Position numbers and translations under genes: made by a program
NCBI GenBank assembly: GCA_000182565.2
Contig: KQ257459.1
Strand: one strand, 5' to 3'
Source of the DNA: Spizellomyces punctatus DAOM BR117
Lineage: Eukaryota
DNA: 64,000 nt
Part shown: piece after piece, positions 37,114-50,358 of the stretch
How positions within the stretch are numbered: position 1 is the first letter of the stretch
Layout: each line of letters opens with the position of its first letter
Notes under the pieces: generated by a model
What the model was told of the DNA's origin: nothing
Databases searched by the model: none
Seen by the model: only the letters and a program-made list of their open reading frames with translations

Positions 37114-37296
37114 GCTCACCCCCCTCGTGAGGTCTATATGTCGTGCACAATTGATTCATGCTCCATATTGGACGAGTATGAATGCTCACCCCCCTCGTGA
37201 GGTTCCATGTCGTGCATGGTTGATTCATTACACGTTCAAACGAATGAATACTCACTTAAACCTCGTGAGGTTCCATGTCGTGCATGGTCGATTCAT
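37114..37296. repeat. Three structured ~50-bp direct repeats separated by unlike 15-18 nt linkers
   Basis: Units at 37114-37159, 37178-37228 and 37244-37296 share CTCAC..CTCGTGAGGT..ATGTCGTGCA..GATTCAT. Confidence 0.85.
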
Positions 37297-38118
37297 GTTC
37301 AAAGGTTCTGTCAAGAGTTGGTGACAGTAGTATCATTTTGGATTTCACAAACTTAAAAGGCCAATGTTGAATAAAACATTTGGTTTACCCCATCTTTGTT
37401 ACCAAACTCTCCAACTCTTTACCTGCTGACCTCCGTTGCTATTCGTTTGCACACTTTGCAAAGCACACAAGGACAGTTCACTCCACCACGTGATGACTAC
37501 AGCATTGAGATTGAAAGGGCGACATTTTCACGCTTTTGGGAATTGTTGTGTTTTGGAGATGGTGGTACTTTTTTGTCACCCTCGTGTGCAATCCCCGGCC
37601 GCTGTATAGAGTTTTGTTGAGTGCACACAAAATGGAATACGAAAGTGGTTGAGCACGGTGTGTTTAGGGGCTTTTGTTTACTTTCTTTTTTCTTGTGTTG
37701 TTTTGGGTGTGTTTTTCTCGGGGGGCTTTTTATTTGTTGCTGAGGGGTGAGTTTTTGGTCCAAAAGGAAAAAAAAAAAAAAGTAAAGGAGAAAGGGGGGG
37801 GGACGCAAAACCTGTTCATGGTGGTATTTTGATGGATTGCGTCCCAAAGTTGGGCTGAGTGGGCGAGGGGGTGACGGGCGGGGTTAAAGCTGTGTCCACA
37901 GCATAAAAAGGGCGCCGAGTGGGTTTATCTCCCCCTCCATCTTGCGTCTCTCTTGTTTTGGTCTTTTATATATATTGTTCACCCTCTCTCTCGCTTTCTG
38001 TTCTTTTTTTTGTTGTTGTTGTGGCCTCCGTCTACCTCCGACTAGACACACACACACTACATTTAAAAAAGACCAATACGAAAGCATTTAAGCTACCTGC
38101 CTCCCACCTCGCAATACA

Positions 38119-39963
38119 ATGAACAGGCTAGGGAATCTGATCGTGTGGCATTACAGCTCGACGCATTATGAGCGGTCCGAAAAGCAGCTAGAACGGGAAA
38201 AGTGGCTCATTCCGGGACTTGTGAGGTTCAACAGGTACTTTTTGATGCCGGCCGCCGTGTTGATCCAGGTAAATAAACCGTCCAACGCATTCGTCTTTTT
38301 TGTGGGTGTGTAAATGGTTAACCTACTATGTACTTATTTTAGGTGTGCTGTGGATCTCTCTACGCATGGTCCGGATACAACCTTCCTATTGAACGTGAAA
38401 TCTACGGTCCAAACCTTGCCAAGGGTGTTGCCGTCGACCGAGGGCAGGCCAGTAACGTCTTTTTCGTTGCTGTGGCCGTCTTTGGTGTGACGGCTGCCCT
38501 TCTTGGACCGTGGTTGGAGAGAAATGGTCCCTTCAAGGGTGCTGTGTTGGGTACCTGTTTGTTCTACATGGGTAACTTGTTGACTGCCTTGGTATGTATT
38601 GCATCGAGTGTCCATGGGTGCGAGACTTGTAAGCATCGTATACTGATAAGCTTTTTTGTAGGGTGTGCACGTTGGTAGTCTGCCCCTTGTGTTTTTCGGC
38701 TACGGATTCGTCGGCGGCGCCGGTCTGGGCATTTCGTACATTGCCCCTGTATCTCCCCTCCAAAAGTGGTTCCCCGATTTCCGTGGTCTAGCGGCCGGTC
38801 TCGCCGTCTGCGGTTTCGGTGCCGGAAGTATCTTTTCGCCCTTTACTCAAAAGGCGCTCATTGGTGAAACCTTTGCCAACACGGGTATCAAGAACCTTGG
38901 CGTATCGCTCACGTTTGTCATTTTGGGCTCTTGCTACTTTGCCTGCATGCTGTTGGCATCCTTTGTTCTCCGCATGCCTCCACCTGGGTACTCTGTAAAC
39001 GGCGTTGACATTCACACGGTCAAGGGTGCAGAGGAGCTTGACAATGCTCGCGCGGCCAGTGCGGCTCTCCCAGTGTCCAACGCCATTGAAGACAAGGTGG
39101 AAGAGGCCAAGATGGACCGCGACCATACGGTCGTCAACCTTCACAGTGTTGCCCCCGCCAAAAACGTATTCTCCATGACCTTGGCCCAAGCCCTGTCATC
39201 GATCGAGTACATTCTCATGTACATTATGTTTCTCTGCAACGAAATCACGGGTCTGCTCATTATCTCAAAGATTCAGTCCATTGTGCAAAACCAGCTTGGA
39301 AAGAACGCTACAGAGGCCGCCAACATCAACTCGATTCTTGGAGGCTGCAACCTGTTGGGTCGGCTGGTTCTTCCCACTCTTTCCGACTATTTGGGACAGC
39401 GTAAACCCCTCTTTATGCTATCTCTAGCGTGCCAAACCATCTTTTTGGCTGTCCTTCCTAAAGCGATTGGCGACAAGACCTATGGTCTCACACTCTCCTG
39501 TGCCTTTATCATTGCCTTTTTCTACGGTGGAGGCTTTGGACTTATTCCGGCCTTTTTGTCTGACCAATTTGGATCCAAGAATGTTGGAGCGACGCACGGA
39601 GTCATTTTGACCGCATGGGCAATGGCAGGAGTAGCCGGCGGACTCGTCTTTAACGCCGTGTACAAGAGCGAAGTTGCGCGTCTTGCACCCGACTTGCTGC
39701 ACGCCTACGACCTCAACTTTCACTGGATCCTGGCCTTTACCAGCTTTGGTCTCTTGGTAAGCTTTTTCATTCCCACCAACCTCCGTGACCGACGCCTGCC
39801 CAAACTGGAGGGAGAGCGGATACGATTCCGATTTGTCAATGGACGCCTTGTCCGTGTATTCAAGGGATTCAAAGTGCGCATGTACAGCCGTGCTGAAGAG
39901 GATGCCGAGTGGGATGGATACCTCAAGGGAATTGCTGCCCAAGAGGAAACCATCAAAGTGTAG
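38119..39963 (+). CDS. MFS transporter, oxalate/formate antiporter (OFA)-like (3 exons)
   Basis: CCGSLYAWS, GYGFVGGAGLGISYIAPVSPLQKWFPDFRGLAAGLAVCGFGAG, YGGGFGLIPAFLSDQFGSKNVGATHG..TAW. Confidence 0.9.
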
Positions 39964-40261
39964 AGAAAAAAAGAGAGAGACAATATGTGTGTAGCGATAT
40001 GCCCTCTGCATGTATTATACTTGTGTAAAAGATGTATTGTGTAAGTTTGGGGGGGGACATTTGCTGCGAATATATATATATAAAATGCTAGCGTATTTTG
40101 AAAAAGAGTAAACTTGTTTCAAACACACACATATGTAATGCAAATATAACAAGTAAAAGAGAGAATCCACAGAGAGAGAGACGAAAGATGAAAGAATGCA
40201 AATCACTCTCTCTCTCATATATCATTTCATTTACTCATATATCATTTCATTTACATTCAAC

Positions 40262-40518
40262 GAGAGAGAAGAGAGAGAAGAGAGAGAAGAGAGAGAGAAG
40301 AGAGAGAGAGAGAGAAGAGAGAAGAGAGAAGAGAGAGAGAAAAGAGAGAGAAGAGAGAGAGAGAAGAGAGAGAGAAAAGAGAGAGAAGAGAGAGAGAGAA
40401 GAGAGAGAGAGAGGGGAAGAAGAAGAAGAAGAAAGAAGAGAAATTGCCAACACACTCTCTCACTCTAATCACACTCACATACAATTGTTTACAATTATTC
40501 ACACTTGTGATTTCAACA

Positions 40519-40555
<37 letters not shown>
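40262..40555. repeat. Polypurine GA-rich microsatellite (40262-40440) followed by a (CT)n tract (about 40522-40554)
   Basis: Directly visible low-complexity tracts. Confidence 0.95.
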
Positions 40556-40558
<3 letters not shown>

Positions 40559-40913
40559 CACTCATACTCTAATCACACACATTCTCACATTCACATTCAT
40601 ACTCTAATCGCACACACAGAGAGAGAGAGATTCATCACTCACTTGATCGCACACACTCAATTGTTGCAGTTATTCAACACTTTTAGACAAACTCACTCTA
40701 CTCACACATTTCTCACTCTTCTCTTACAAGTATATACACTCTTCTCACTCTCTTTTCACTCTAATGTTCTTTTTTATTCTCTACACACGTGCATTTTCAT
40801 CATTTCATGTGATTTTCATTCTTAACTAAGCAATTCTTATTCTTCTTGTTGGTTTTCACACTCGCTCCATTTCACACTCTTTTACACACACACTCTTTTC
40901 ACACACACACACC

Positions 40914-43900
40914 ATGACAGACTGCGCACAACCATGGCTATCGTATTGGATATCACATTCACTTGCATTCATTCTCGGGTCTCTTGTCTCTCTCCTCTTG
41001 ATTCTCTCGGGTTTCCTCGTCTTTATTCACTGGCTTCCTTACTATGTTCTTCCCGTCAAGGCAAAGCGCTCATTCCTTCCCCCCAACCACACTACTACTA
41101 CTACTACTACTAAATTACCATCACTACTACGGAAACGGCCTAGGAGGCACAAGCGACTGTCGGGTTTTGATCCTCACTTGTTTAGAAAGGGCTGGGTCCG
41201 CATTTCATCCGTTGCTCTCACTCCAGTGGAACTGCACGAGGATGGGACAGAGGTGGTTGTGCAAGAGGGTGGAACGCGACGAGTAAAGAAAAAGAGATCT
41301 TTTACACAGTCGACATTTCAAGTCTCAAAGGAAATGGTTGCTTCTGCTCAGAAATCGGCCATATCCGTCTATTCCTTGACGCGCTCAGTCTCCTCCTATC
41401 TGGTCTCGAGGTTCATGGGCCAGCCTTCTGCTGTGGCTTTACAGGGAGCAGATTCTTTCAAGACGACCACCGATACAACTACTACTACTACCACCACCAC
41501 CACTACCACCACCACTCCTGTCCTACAGGAACCCCCACCGCCGCCATGGCGGAACGCTTATGGCGTCCTCAAATACAAGACATTATACCTTTATTCGAGT
41601 GAAACTCAGGAAGAATGTACAGACGTTTTGGCCCTCTCGGATTATACCGTAGAATTATACCCTCCAACCACCACAGATCTTGACATTTACCTCCGCACCC
41701 ATCCCATCCGCTTGGTCTCAAAACAACACCCCGACCGCATCTTGTACATGTATTACCCCACAGGCTCGGACAAGGAAGACTGGTACATTATGCTCCGCCG
41801 CGCAACTCTGCTCCCCACTTTTGCCGACGCCGGAGCAATGTCTGCTTATCATCAAGACAGCGAACCCGTCCGCGCCTATGTTGATGCCATGAAAAAGCTC
41901 GTCAATACCCTCAGACCGGCCCTGGACCATCATCCGGGATGAACAACAACAATCAAACAATACGCTCGCAACCGCCGGGTTGAACGCCCTTGGGTCGGGG
42001 GGCCTTTGTGGAATCACGCTAACCCCCACGTCAAGAAATTGGGTCATGGGAAAAGCTGTCGGCNNNNNNNNNNNNNNNNNNNNNNNNNNNNNNNNNNNNN
42101 NNNNNNNNNNNNNNNNNNNNNNNNNNNNNNNNNNNNNNNNNNNNNNNNNNNNNNNNNNNNNNNGATGCACTAGCACCGGCGACAATAATGTTCCTTCTTT
42201 TTTGGGCGACATTGTTATCCAAGACGTTGACGTGGGAGACTCGATCCCCGTGTTGAGCAATCCCAAGCTCTGTGACATGTCGGTCGACGGCGACATGAAC
42301 ATTCAACTCGACATTGAGTATACCGGCGGCGTCCGTCTTGAAGCAGCAACGGTCGCTACCATTTCCGTCGAGGCGTGGAACGACATTGTCAAACCCATCC
42401 AAGTCCCCCTGGTCGTGGCGGTCCGCATCAAGCGCTTTAGTGCCCGCCTCCTCCTCAAAGTCAAACCCTACTGGGAAACCAACCGCATCTGGATGGGCGT
42501 ATTAAGGGATCCCGACCTTGTCCTCGAACTCGAAGTCGAGCCCATCATTTCCAACAAACTCGTCAAACTCCATCTCGTCAACCAAGTCATTGAGCGCCGC
42601 ATCAAGGAAGCCCTCGAAGAGTTTGTCATGCTGCCCAATATGGAAGATGTCTCGTTTTGGCCTTCAGGTGGAATGGGCGGCATGTTTTGGGGGGGCGCAG
42701 AAGAGGGGGATGACTGTGCACAGGAATCGGAAGCCTCGGATTCCGATGCACACGACTCTGGGGATGAAGGCGTTGATGCCGACATTGACGATTTAGACCT
42801 GGATGACGCTCGTCTGGTCCCCCCAAGGTCCTCTACGAGTATACAACCGGTGCCTGCGGCTTTATTTGCGGGTGAAGCCGTTGAGAGCACTCTTCGGATT
42901 CGAAAACCGGATGTCAACCGGAACCGTAGAGTGTACGAGTCCCTATTGAAATCTCAGCAACAACAGCAACAACAACAACAGCAACAGCAACAGCAACAGC
43001 AACAAGTCTTTTCGGAAGGTGAAGTCTCTGATGCGTCTACCACAAGTAGTAGTGGCATGGCCGATCCTGTCGTTATCGCAAATGGACGATCGCAGGTATC
43101 GGCCGTCCCAACCGCTCCGTCGTCGCAGCCGCCACCGCCGTCCGACGCCATCAATACTACCACGACCGTCCCCTCACAACAACCACCGCCACCAGCAGAA
43201 CAAGAAGCAGAACCACCAGCACCAGCACCAGCACCACCACCACCACCAGCACCCACCACACCATGGTACTATGAAACCCTCGGGTCAGCAGCAGACTACC
43301 TCGGCCAAGTCGCCCGCCACTACGGACTAGACGACACGGCCCGCTCCCTTGCCCAATCCGCAACCGAATACGCTACACCCACCGTGAAAACCGCCACTGA
43401 AACGGCTGAATACTGCCGGATGACGCTGATGGATATGGCTAAATACTATGGAACATTGACTGCCGAATACTTTAATCTCAAGCCTGACGCTGTTGTAGAT
43501 GAAGCAGCGTCGCCATCATCCTCCACATCATCACCATCATCATCCGCATCAGCATCATCATCACCACCATCAGGAGGAGGAGGAGGGGCGGAAGCGACCA
43601 TGACGACACCGAGACCTCCATCAACGGTGTTTGAAATGATGGGTGTAAGCATCTCTACAAGTCCACCTACACCTGTTCCTGCCCCCCGTCGCAAACGGGC
43701 CATATCGCATGGTTCAAGCCTTTCCCAACAACCGACATCAAACACCCTCACCCCATCTCCCCCCGCTTGTCCTCCTCCTCCGCCTCCTCCTCCTCCTCGT
43801 CCACCCTCACCGAATAAAGAACCGACACCACTAGTACCAGGTGCCACATCCTATTGCGCAACATACCGCCGCGCCCATCACGCACGTCTCCCCCCTCCAG

Positions 43901-44148
43901 TTGCCGTCACCCGAGCCCGAAGCATGCCCATCCTCTCGCCGAATCGCGCTCACACATCTCCTACCATCCCATCGTTTGAATCGAGGATCAGTCATGGGAG
44001 AGTTCGAAGACATACCGTTCCGAAAGACTGGCCACCGCTTCCCAAGACGGTATTAGAGTATGATGATGAGGAGGATGGGTTAAAGGGGTTTGAAGAGGCT
44101 TTTGAGAGGGGGGTTTTGAAAGAGTTTTGGGAGTGGGGTTCGGGATGA
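40914..44148 (+). CDS. Nvj2/TEX2-like membrane-contact-site protein (TM + PH-like + SMP), interrupted by an assembly gap
   Basis: N-terminal TM helix, PH-like AYGVLKYKTLYLY..KEDWYIML, SMP-like PSFLGDIVIQDVDVGDSIP..YTGGVRL..NRIWMG..FVMLPNMED, and a low-complexity polyQ/Pro tail. The frame is broken just before the gap, probably from poor sequence quality. Confidence 0.75.
42064..42163. other. Assembly gap (100 N)
   Basis: Run of 100 N. Confidence 1.
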
Positions 44149-44909
44149 TGTTACTTTTTACTTTTTTTTTTTTTTTCAAGAGTATATATTATTTTAATTT
44201 GTATTGTTTTTTTTGGATTTTTTGTTTGTTTTTTTGGGGGAGTTCTTGTTTCCATTTGCTTGTGTGAGATATCCACAAAAACAAAAGTACGTTTATACGT
44301 ACTCTGGCATGAATGAACGTATCATGCAAGTTTCTGATAGTTGAACGCTTTTTGTATGGTTGGTTTGTAGGGTATAAAGTGAGCAAATCGAAAGTACGGT
44401 AAAAGATTAAAAGTTTCAATTGTTATTTTTTGTCAATGCCTTTAATTGGACCTTTTTCGTGGTAACATATTTTGAATGGTATTCGTTGAGGGTTGGTATC
44501 TTTTGGCTAGTGTACTTGCTACATACTTTTGTGATGGATGTTAACGTATGGAATCTATTGTTGCTCCTTTCTTTTCCTTTATGCCTTTATGAACGAACAT
44601 ACTGTACAAAAAAAAACAAATACATTCGTTTAGAGCATCATAATCTGCACCATTTTCCCCACTTCTTCAACCGACTTTCACAGTCTCGACTAGCACCTCT
44701 TGTTTGTTTACCCCAATCGACAATTCAATATTGCCAAACGTACATGATGTATGCAAAAAGAAGGACAATATATTTGTATCCATCAAGGATGTTAACTAGA
44801 CAAATGACAAATGATATACAAAATGATATATACACACACGAAATAAGAGAGTGCAAACAAGATGCTGCTAACAAACTCCTAACACTTGCAACCATTTTCC
44901 AATGTTCCC

Positions 44910-46835
44910 TTAATCAACTTCCTCAACAGTCGGACCAGCACCTTCACCACCAGGAGCAGGACCCGAAGGGAATCCACCAGCAGGTGCACCCCCCTGTCCA
45001 TACATTTTCATCATGATCGGATTAACTTGATTCTCCAACTCTTTTTGACGCTCCTTGTATTCTTCCGTGGACGCTTCCAAATTCCTATCCAACCACTGAA
45101 TAGCCTCATCAACCCATTGTTTCATCTTTTCTTTATCAGCGGCATCCAATTTGCCTGCGACTTGTTCATCGGATAGCGTGTTTCGAAGGCTATAAGCATA
45201 ACTCTCAAATCCGTTTCGAGCTGCAACACGTTCAGCCACTTCGGCATCTTGCTGCTTGAATTTCTCAGCTTCAGCCAACATGCGCTCAATTTCAGCTGGT
45301 GAAAGCCGGCCTTTATCGTTTGTAATAGTGATTTTAGAGGATTTGCCGGTTGTTTTATCTTGTGCAGAAACGTTTAGGATGCCGTTGGCGTCGATATCGA
45401 ATGTCACGTCGATTTGGGGGACACCGCGAGGAGCTGGGGGGATTCCCGATAATTCAAATTTACCGAGCAAGTTGTTATCCTTTGTCAGTTTCCTTTCACC
45501 TTCGTAGACTTGGATGAGAACACCGGGTTGGTTATCGCTGTACGTTGAAAAGGTTTGACTTTTCTTTGTGGGAATGACCGTATTGCGTGGGATGAGCGTC
45601 GTCATGACACCTCCAGCCGTTTCAAGACCCATTGAAAGAGGAGCCACATCCATCAAGAGCACGTCTTGAGTTTTCTCTGAAGTGACTCCAGTGAGAATGG
45701 CGGCTTGGACTGCGGCACCGTATGCGACGGCTTCATCGGGGTTAATGGACCGATTAAGTTCCTTCCCATTAAAGAAATCGCTAACGAGTTTCTGAACTTT
45801 GGGAATCCGCGTACTCCCACCCACCAACACAATCTCGTCTACTTGATGTTTAGCCAATTTGGAATCCTTTAATACTTTTTCGACGGGTTCCAATGTTGCG
45901 CGGAACAAGTCCCCACACAACTCTTCAAACCTCGCTCGCGTGATACTCGTATAGAAATCAATGCCTTCCAATAGGGAATCGATTTCGAGACTAGCTTGTG
46001 CAGAGGAGCTGAGTGTCCTTTTTGCTCGTTCGGCGGCGGTACGTAACCTCCTCAACGCCCTCGGGTTACTCGTCACATCCTTTTTGTACTTGCGTTTAAA
46101 TTCGTCGGCGAAATGCTGTACGAGACGGTTATCGAAATCTTCTCCACCTAAATGGGTATCCCCGGCTGTAGCCTTCACTTCAAACACCCCTTCCTCAATC
46201 GTCAACAAGGAAACATCAAACGTCCCACCACCCAAATCGAAAATAAGCACATTCTTTTCCGTTCCGACTTTTTTGTCCAACCCGTACGCAATGGCCGCTG
46301 CGGTCGGTTCATTAATGATCCTCAAAACATTCAACCCGGCAATCGTACCCGCATCTTTGGTCGCTTGTCGTTGCGAATCATTGAAATACGCCGGAACGGT
46401 CACAACAGCATCTTTAACCGGATGACCTAAATACGCTTCAGCAATATCCCTCATCTTTGTCAAAACCATACTCGAAATCTGTTCAGGCGTAAACCGCTTT
46501 TTTTCACCCATAAACTCGACTTCCACAACCGGTTTCCCTCCTTCATCCAATACTTTGAACGGCCAATGCTTCATATCACTTTGAACTTCTTTATCCGAAA
46601 ACCGACGTCCAATCAATCGTTTTGCATCAAAGACTGTGTTGGAGGGGTTTAATGCCACTTGGTTCTTTGCTGCGTCTCCAATGAGGCGTTCGGTATCTGT
46701 GAATGCGACATAGGAAGGTGTCGTTCGGTTTCCTTGGTCGTTGGCAATGATTTCTACGCGGTCGTTTTGCCAGACTCCTACGCATGAATAAGTTGTCCCC
46801 AAGTCGATTCCGATGGCTTTTGAACTTGTGGACAT
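44910..46835 (-). CDS. HSP70: Cytosolic Hsp70 (SSA type), intronless
   Basis: [37 protein letters not shown]-terminal GPTVEEVD; 641 aa. Confidence 0.98.
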   Translation of the reverse strand: MSTSSKAIGIDLGTTYSCVGVWQNDRVEIIANDQGNRTTPSYVAFTDTERLIGDAAKNQVALNPSNTVFDAKRLIGRRFSDKEVQSDMKHWPFKVLDEGGKPVVEVEFMGEKKRFTPEQISSMVLTKMRDIAEAYLGHPVKDAVVTVPAYFNDSQRQATKDAGTIAGLNVLRIINEPTAAAIAYGLDKKVGTEKNVLIFDLGGGTFDVSLLTIEEGVFEVKATAGDTHLGGEDFDNRLVQHFADEFKRKYKKDVTSNPRALRRLRTAAERAKRTLSSSAQASLEIDSLLEGIDFYTSITRARFEELCGDLFRATLEPVEKVLKDSKLAKHQVDEIVLVGGSTRIPKVQKLVSDFFNGKELNRSINPDEAVAYGAAVQAAILTGVTSEKTQDVLLMDVAPLSMGLETAGGVMTTLIPRNTVIPTKKSQTFSTYSDNQPGVLIQVYEGERKLTKDNNLLGKFELSGIPPAPRGVPQIDVTFDIDANGILNVSAQDKTTGKSSKITITNDKGRLSPAEIERMLAEAEKFKQQDAEVAERVAARNGFESYAYSLRNTLSDEQVAGKLDAADKEKMKQWVDEAIQWLDRNLEASTEEYKERQKELENQVNPIMMKMYGQGGAPAGGFPSGPAPGGEGAGPTVEEVD

Positions 46836-46962
46836 TGTCGTTTTGGTTTCAGTTAGTTGCGCTTTTCTCTCTTACTTTTGGTTGTCGCTGATGGATAGGC
46901 TATCGTTTCTTGCGTTTTGTGAATATAGAGTAAGGAAAGAACCTACACACACCCCCCACCAA

Positions 46963-47083
46963 TTTATACCTCTAAAAAAAACCAACGACATGATGACTCG
47001 ACTGTGCAAGCCCTTTATGTTTCTAGTTGTTACGTGGAGTGACGAGAAAAAATGAGATCCTACTTGGGCATTCGAGAACTTAC
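46963..47083 (-). promoter_or_regulatory. Putative Hsp70 promoter: TATA box and heat-shock-element-like motif
   Basis: TATAAA on the minus strand at 46963-46968. TTCgaGAActTAC at 47071-47083 is an imperfect inverted nGAAn array. Confidence 0.4.
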
Positions 47084-49077
47084 GACACGTGTTTACGTAA
47101 TGTGATCGATATTACTTGTAGGTTGCTAGTAGGTTCTCGTTGGATCTGTTCGTTTTGAACGAGAGTTTGGTTTTTGTTATGGCATTGGGTTGGTGGAAGA
47201 GTGTAGAGTCATGTAGTTATTGAATTATTTACGTCTTTTCCCTTTTTGATCTATCCGTGCTCTGGTATCAAGATGCGTTACAATTGCTTTTCTGCACTGT
47301 AGTGTTTGTTCAATTTTACCCTACTCGTACTTTTTGGGCTATTCCCGTAGTTATCAAAAATTGGGATATACTCTGCTCTGTGGTATTCCCGAGGTCAATT
47401 ATCATGACATTGGCTCTCAGGAGGCGTCTCTCATTCTTTTTCTCAGACTCTCTCCTGTTCCCAATTATTTCCGAATCGCCGTTAAAAGCCCAGGGTGAAA
47501 ATCCTGGCCTTCTTGGTCCCAAAACATTTTTTCTTTTCTCGACACTCCCGTTCCTGAGCCTATGGTGTGCCCAAAACTTATCTCCAAAGCATCAAGCAAA
47601 GCCCTGCGCATCAGCCGGGTCCGCAAAACCACAAAACAGATTGATCTGCTGAGTATCTGCTTCTTTTTCGAAGAGGCAATTGATGCGCGGGAGTTACATG
47701 CATCGGTACGCAAATACGTCGTATTCTAGCAGGCTTTGCGGCATAGTAACATTGGTTTGAAAAGCAACCTTCGAGTTTGAGGTTGTAGGATTTTACGATC
47801 GCCAATACGAGTAGTAGAAACTTTCGTTTGCGCGTATGGACCGATCTCACATAAACATGAGCCGATCCCAGGCATCGATGGTTTTCCGAATGACCTCGCG
47901 GATTTCTTCAGCCGGGTTTAGTGACATAGCGACGTTCCGCATTTTCGGCATTGTGGAATGCGGTGAACCAAGCTATGGATAAATCCTTGTTCAAAGGATA
48001 GTGTGGTACAGTTGAGTATTCGTTAGCATCACCCAAGTCTTCCAGTGCTACTTTGAACTTAATGAAAGACGCGGATTGATTCATCATCCTTCTTTTCCAT
48101 ATTAGCGATACGGGCCCAAATTCGCAAAGGTACTCGATCGGGTTCCGTAATAAAGGTAACAAAAGAAGCATTTCTTCATTTCCAACCAACTCCACACGTC
48201 CGTACGTGGAGAGCCGAACGAGAAAATTTGGGATGCCAGTCCCAATATTCGTCGAGGAGGTCTCCCTGGCCAGCGTACTTCCAAGCGGCTGTTTTGCAAA
48301 TGTCCGTTGGACACCGAGCGAATGGAGTTGCGTGTCATCCCCACCGCTGTCACGGCTTCGTGTGCATCTTGGTACGTCGACCAACTTTCCGTCCGTCGTG
48401 CATTGTTCGAACCGCTCACTTGTTTTCGTTCTTTTCATCGCCTTGTCGTTTGCTTTGTTTCAGGACGAGAAGAGGTGTATTCTAGGGCCTCTCATAAGTT
48501 ATACGAGGTGGGAATTTTCATTTGGGCGTCGCGAGAACATGGTGCCCCATTCATGGATGATGACGATGTGAACCGACACCAAAAGTCTCCCCTCAAGATC
48601 CCGATGGCCGAAAATTAACTTCAAATTAAGCGCTAGGCAGTAGAGTAGATTACGGCAAACGCAGTGCTTGTAGGACGTCAGATTGTTGGAGGAAAAACGT
48701 GAAAGCAGCAGCTAGTAGAGGTGCCCTTATTCAACCGGAACGCTGCTGACCTAGCCGGCCATTTCCGGTTTTTGCCCCCGCGCCAATATTGTGTCAAGTA
48801 AAAACTGCGAGGCAGGAGTCGCGACAAGCAAGGCAAAGGTTGGATTACTGAGTATAACAGCTGGATGCACAATCTATTTGTCAAAGAGGTTCATCATCTA
48901 CAGGGCATCCTAGAACATCCATCAAATAGCATCGACTAAACAGTTATCCTTTTTCATGACCTATGGCAACTAGTTGGGAGAAAACCCGCTCCTGGTTTCA
49001 GTACTTGCCAGTTAGATCGTATTCTTTTTCAATTATGGATCTGCTTGCACGAGACTTTCGGCATTTCACTCTAAGCT

Positions 49078-50358
49078 TTAATTCCAAGCGTACCAGCCAA
49101 GCTCGCAGCCAGTCCGGGTGTCAAGGGCAGTTCCGACATTCCAAAACATGACACCACCAAAATGCAGAGGATACTTTGCTTTCATATCCTTGACAATGCG
49201 GGTAAGCGTATTGGCGTCGACGAAGCTGGAGGAGGCAGACGCTTGCGATCCGGGTGCGCCAATGATCAGAAGTACATTGCGGTTGGGGTTAGCGCTGGCA
49301 ATGTCGTCGTTCTATAATTGTAGCGGTTGGGGTAGTTTTGGAGGCCACTTGAGAGAGGAAATGACTGTTTAAAAACATGCTTAAGTGGAGTACGCCAAAT
49401 TTTACCAGTCTGTGGGGTGTGGACCAGCGTTAGTAAATTGGCATTTAACAGGATTATTTACTTGAAAGACAACTTACAATTGTTGTAGAACTGGATGTTG
49501 ATGATATCGAACCAAGCAGACCGCATCGCCTTGTCAAGAACTGTACTTGATGAAATGCGCAAACGTTAACTCGAGAAACATCCAATCGCAAAATCAGGGA
49601 GGAACACGACATTTGCTTACAATGATCCGGGAAGGTGCATTGTGGGGCACCGAAAATAAGAACGTTTCCTTTCTTTTTCAAATTGTTGATCAAAAGGTCC
49701 CAATACTACGCTCCTCCGCCCTCAATGTCCAAATGGACACTATCGAGAACGGCGTCAAGGAACGGACGGTTGGGAGCGTTACCCCCTTGAGATGGGTGCA
49801 GAGTATGTCGTTGAAAAAGGCAGCTATGAGTGCCCGCTTACCGAGGAAAAGATCCCACATTTCCTAGAGTTAAAAGTGGATTTAGAAGCGTTGTTTGTTA
49901 ATGCGCCGAGACGAAAGACCAAAAAATGTACCTGAGAAACCTTGTTGGCTGTCTCGGGAGAAGACAGCGAGTACGCACCGCTGGCACCGCCTATGGAAAA
50001 GAATATGAGCATTATCATACCGCACAATAGCATTTACAGAGCACAGAACAAAATTACCTAGAGAAATCAAAATCTTGATTCCCTTCCCTTGACAGTATTT
50101 GATATCTGCGGCAAATGTTGCAATCGACAGAGTTGTCCAAAGTACAGTGCCATGCCATTTTATACCCTGGGGCACCGTTTCCGAAAACGTGCATAAACGC
50201 AATGTTGATTACATTGTAGTAGCGGGTGTTGCTTTGAACGTGGGGGAAATGTTTGATAAGAAACCAGATAACCATGAGCGATGATAAGAGTTTGTCAGGA
50301 GAAATTCAAAATACCAATAAGATTTGAGACTGCCTTCATGTCTGTTGCTGTTCTGGCT
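49078..50358 (-). pseudogene. GH18 class III (hevamine/Cts1-like) chitinase pseudogene
   Basis: SQNS..EGSLKSYC, YNVINIAF, DIKYCQGKGIKILISLGGA, RPFLDAVLDSVHLDIE (second Asp of DxxDxDxE is His), in-frame TAG at 49706-49708, GAPQC, IQFYNN, FGGVMFW. No signal peptide or start codon seen. Confidence 0.82.

Noticed and set aside
37114-37296. CRISPR array
   Set aside because: Eukaryotic context, only three degenerate ~50-bp units, linkers too short (15-18 nt) and no cas genes. Kept only as a structured repeat.
40098-40607. ORFs rich in ER/LS dipeptides
   Set aside because: Translations of the GA/CT microsatellite, not genes.
41900-42063. Stop/frameshift in the Nvj2-like gene as pseudogenisation
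   Set aside because: It lies immediately beside the N gap, where base quality is suspect, and both flanking domains look intact.
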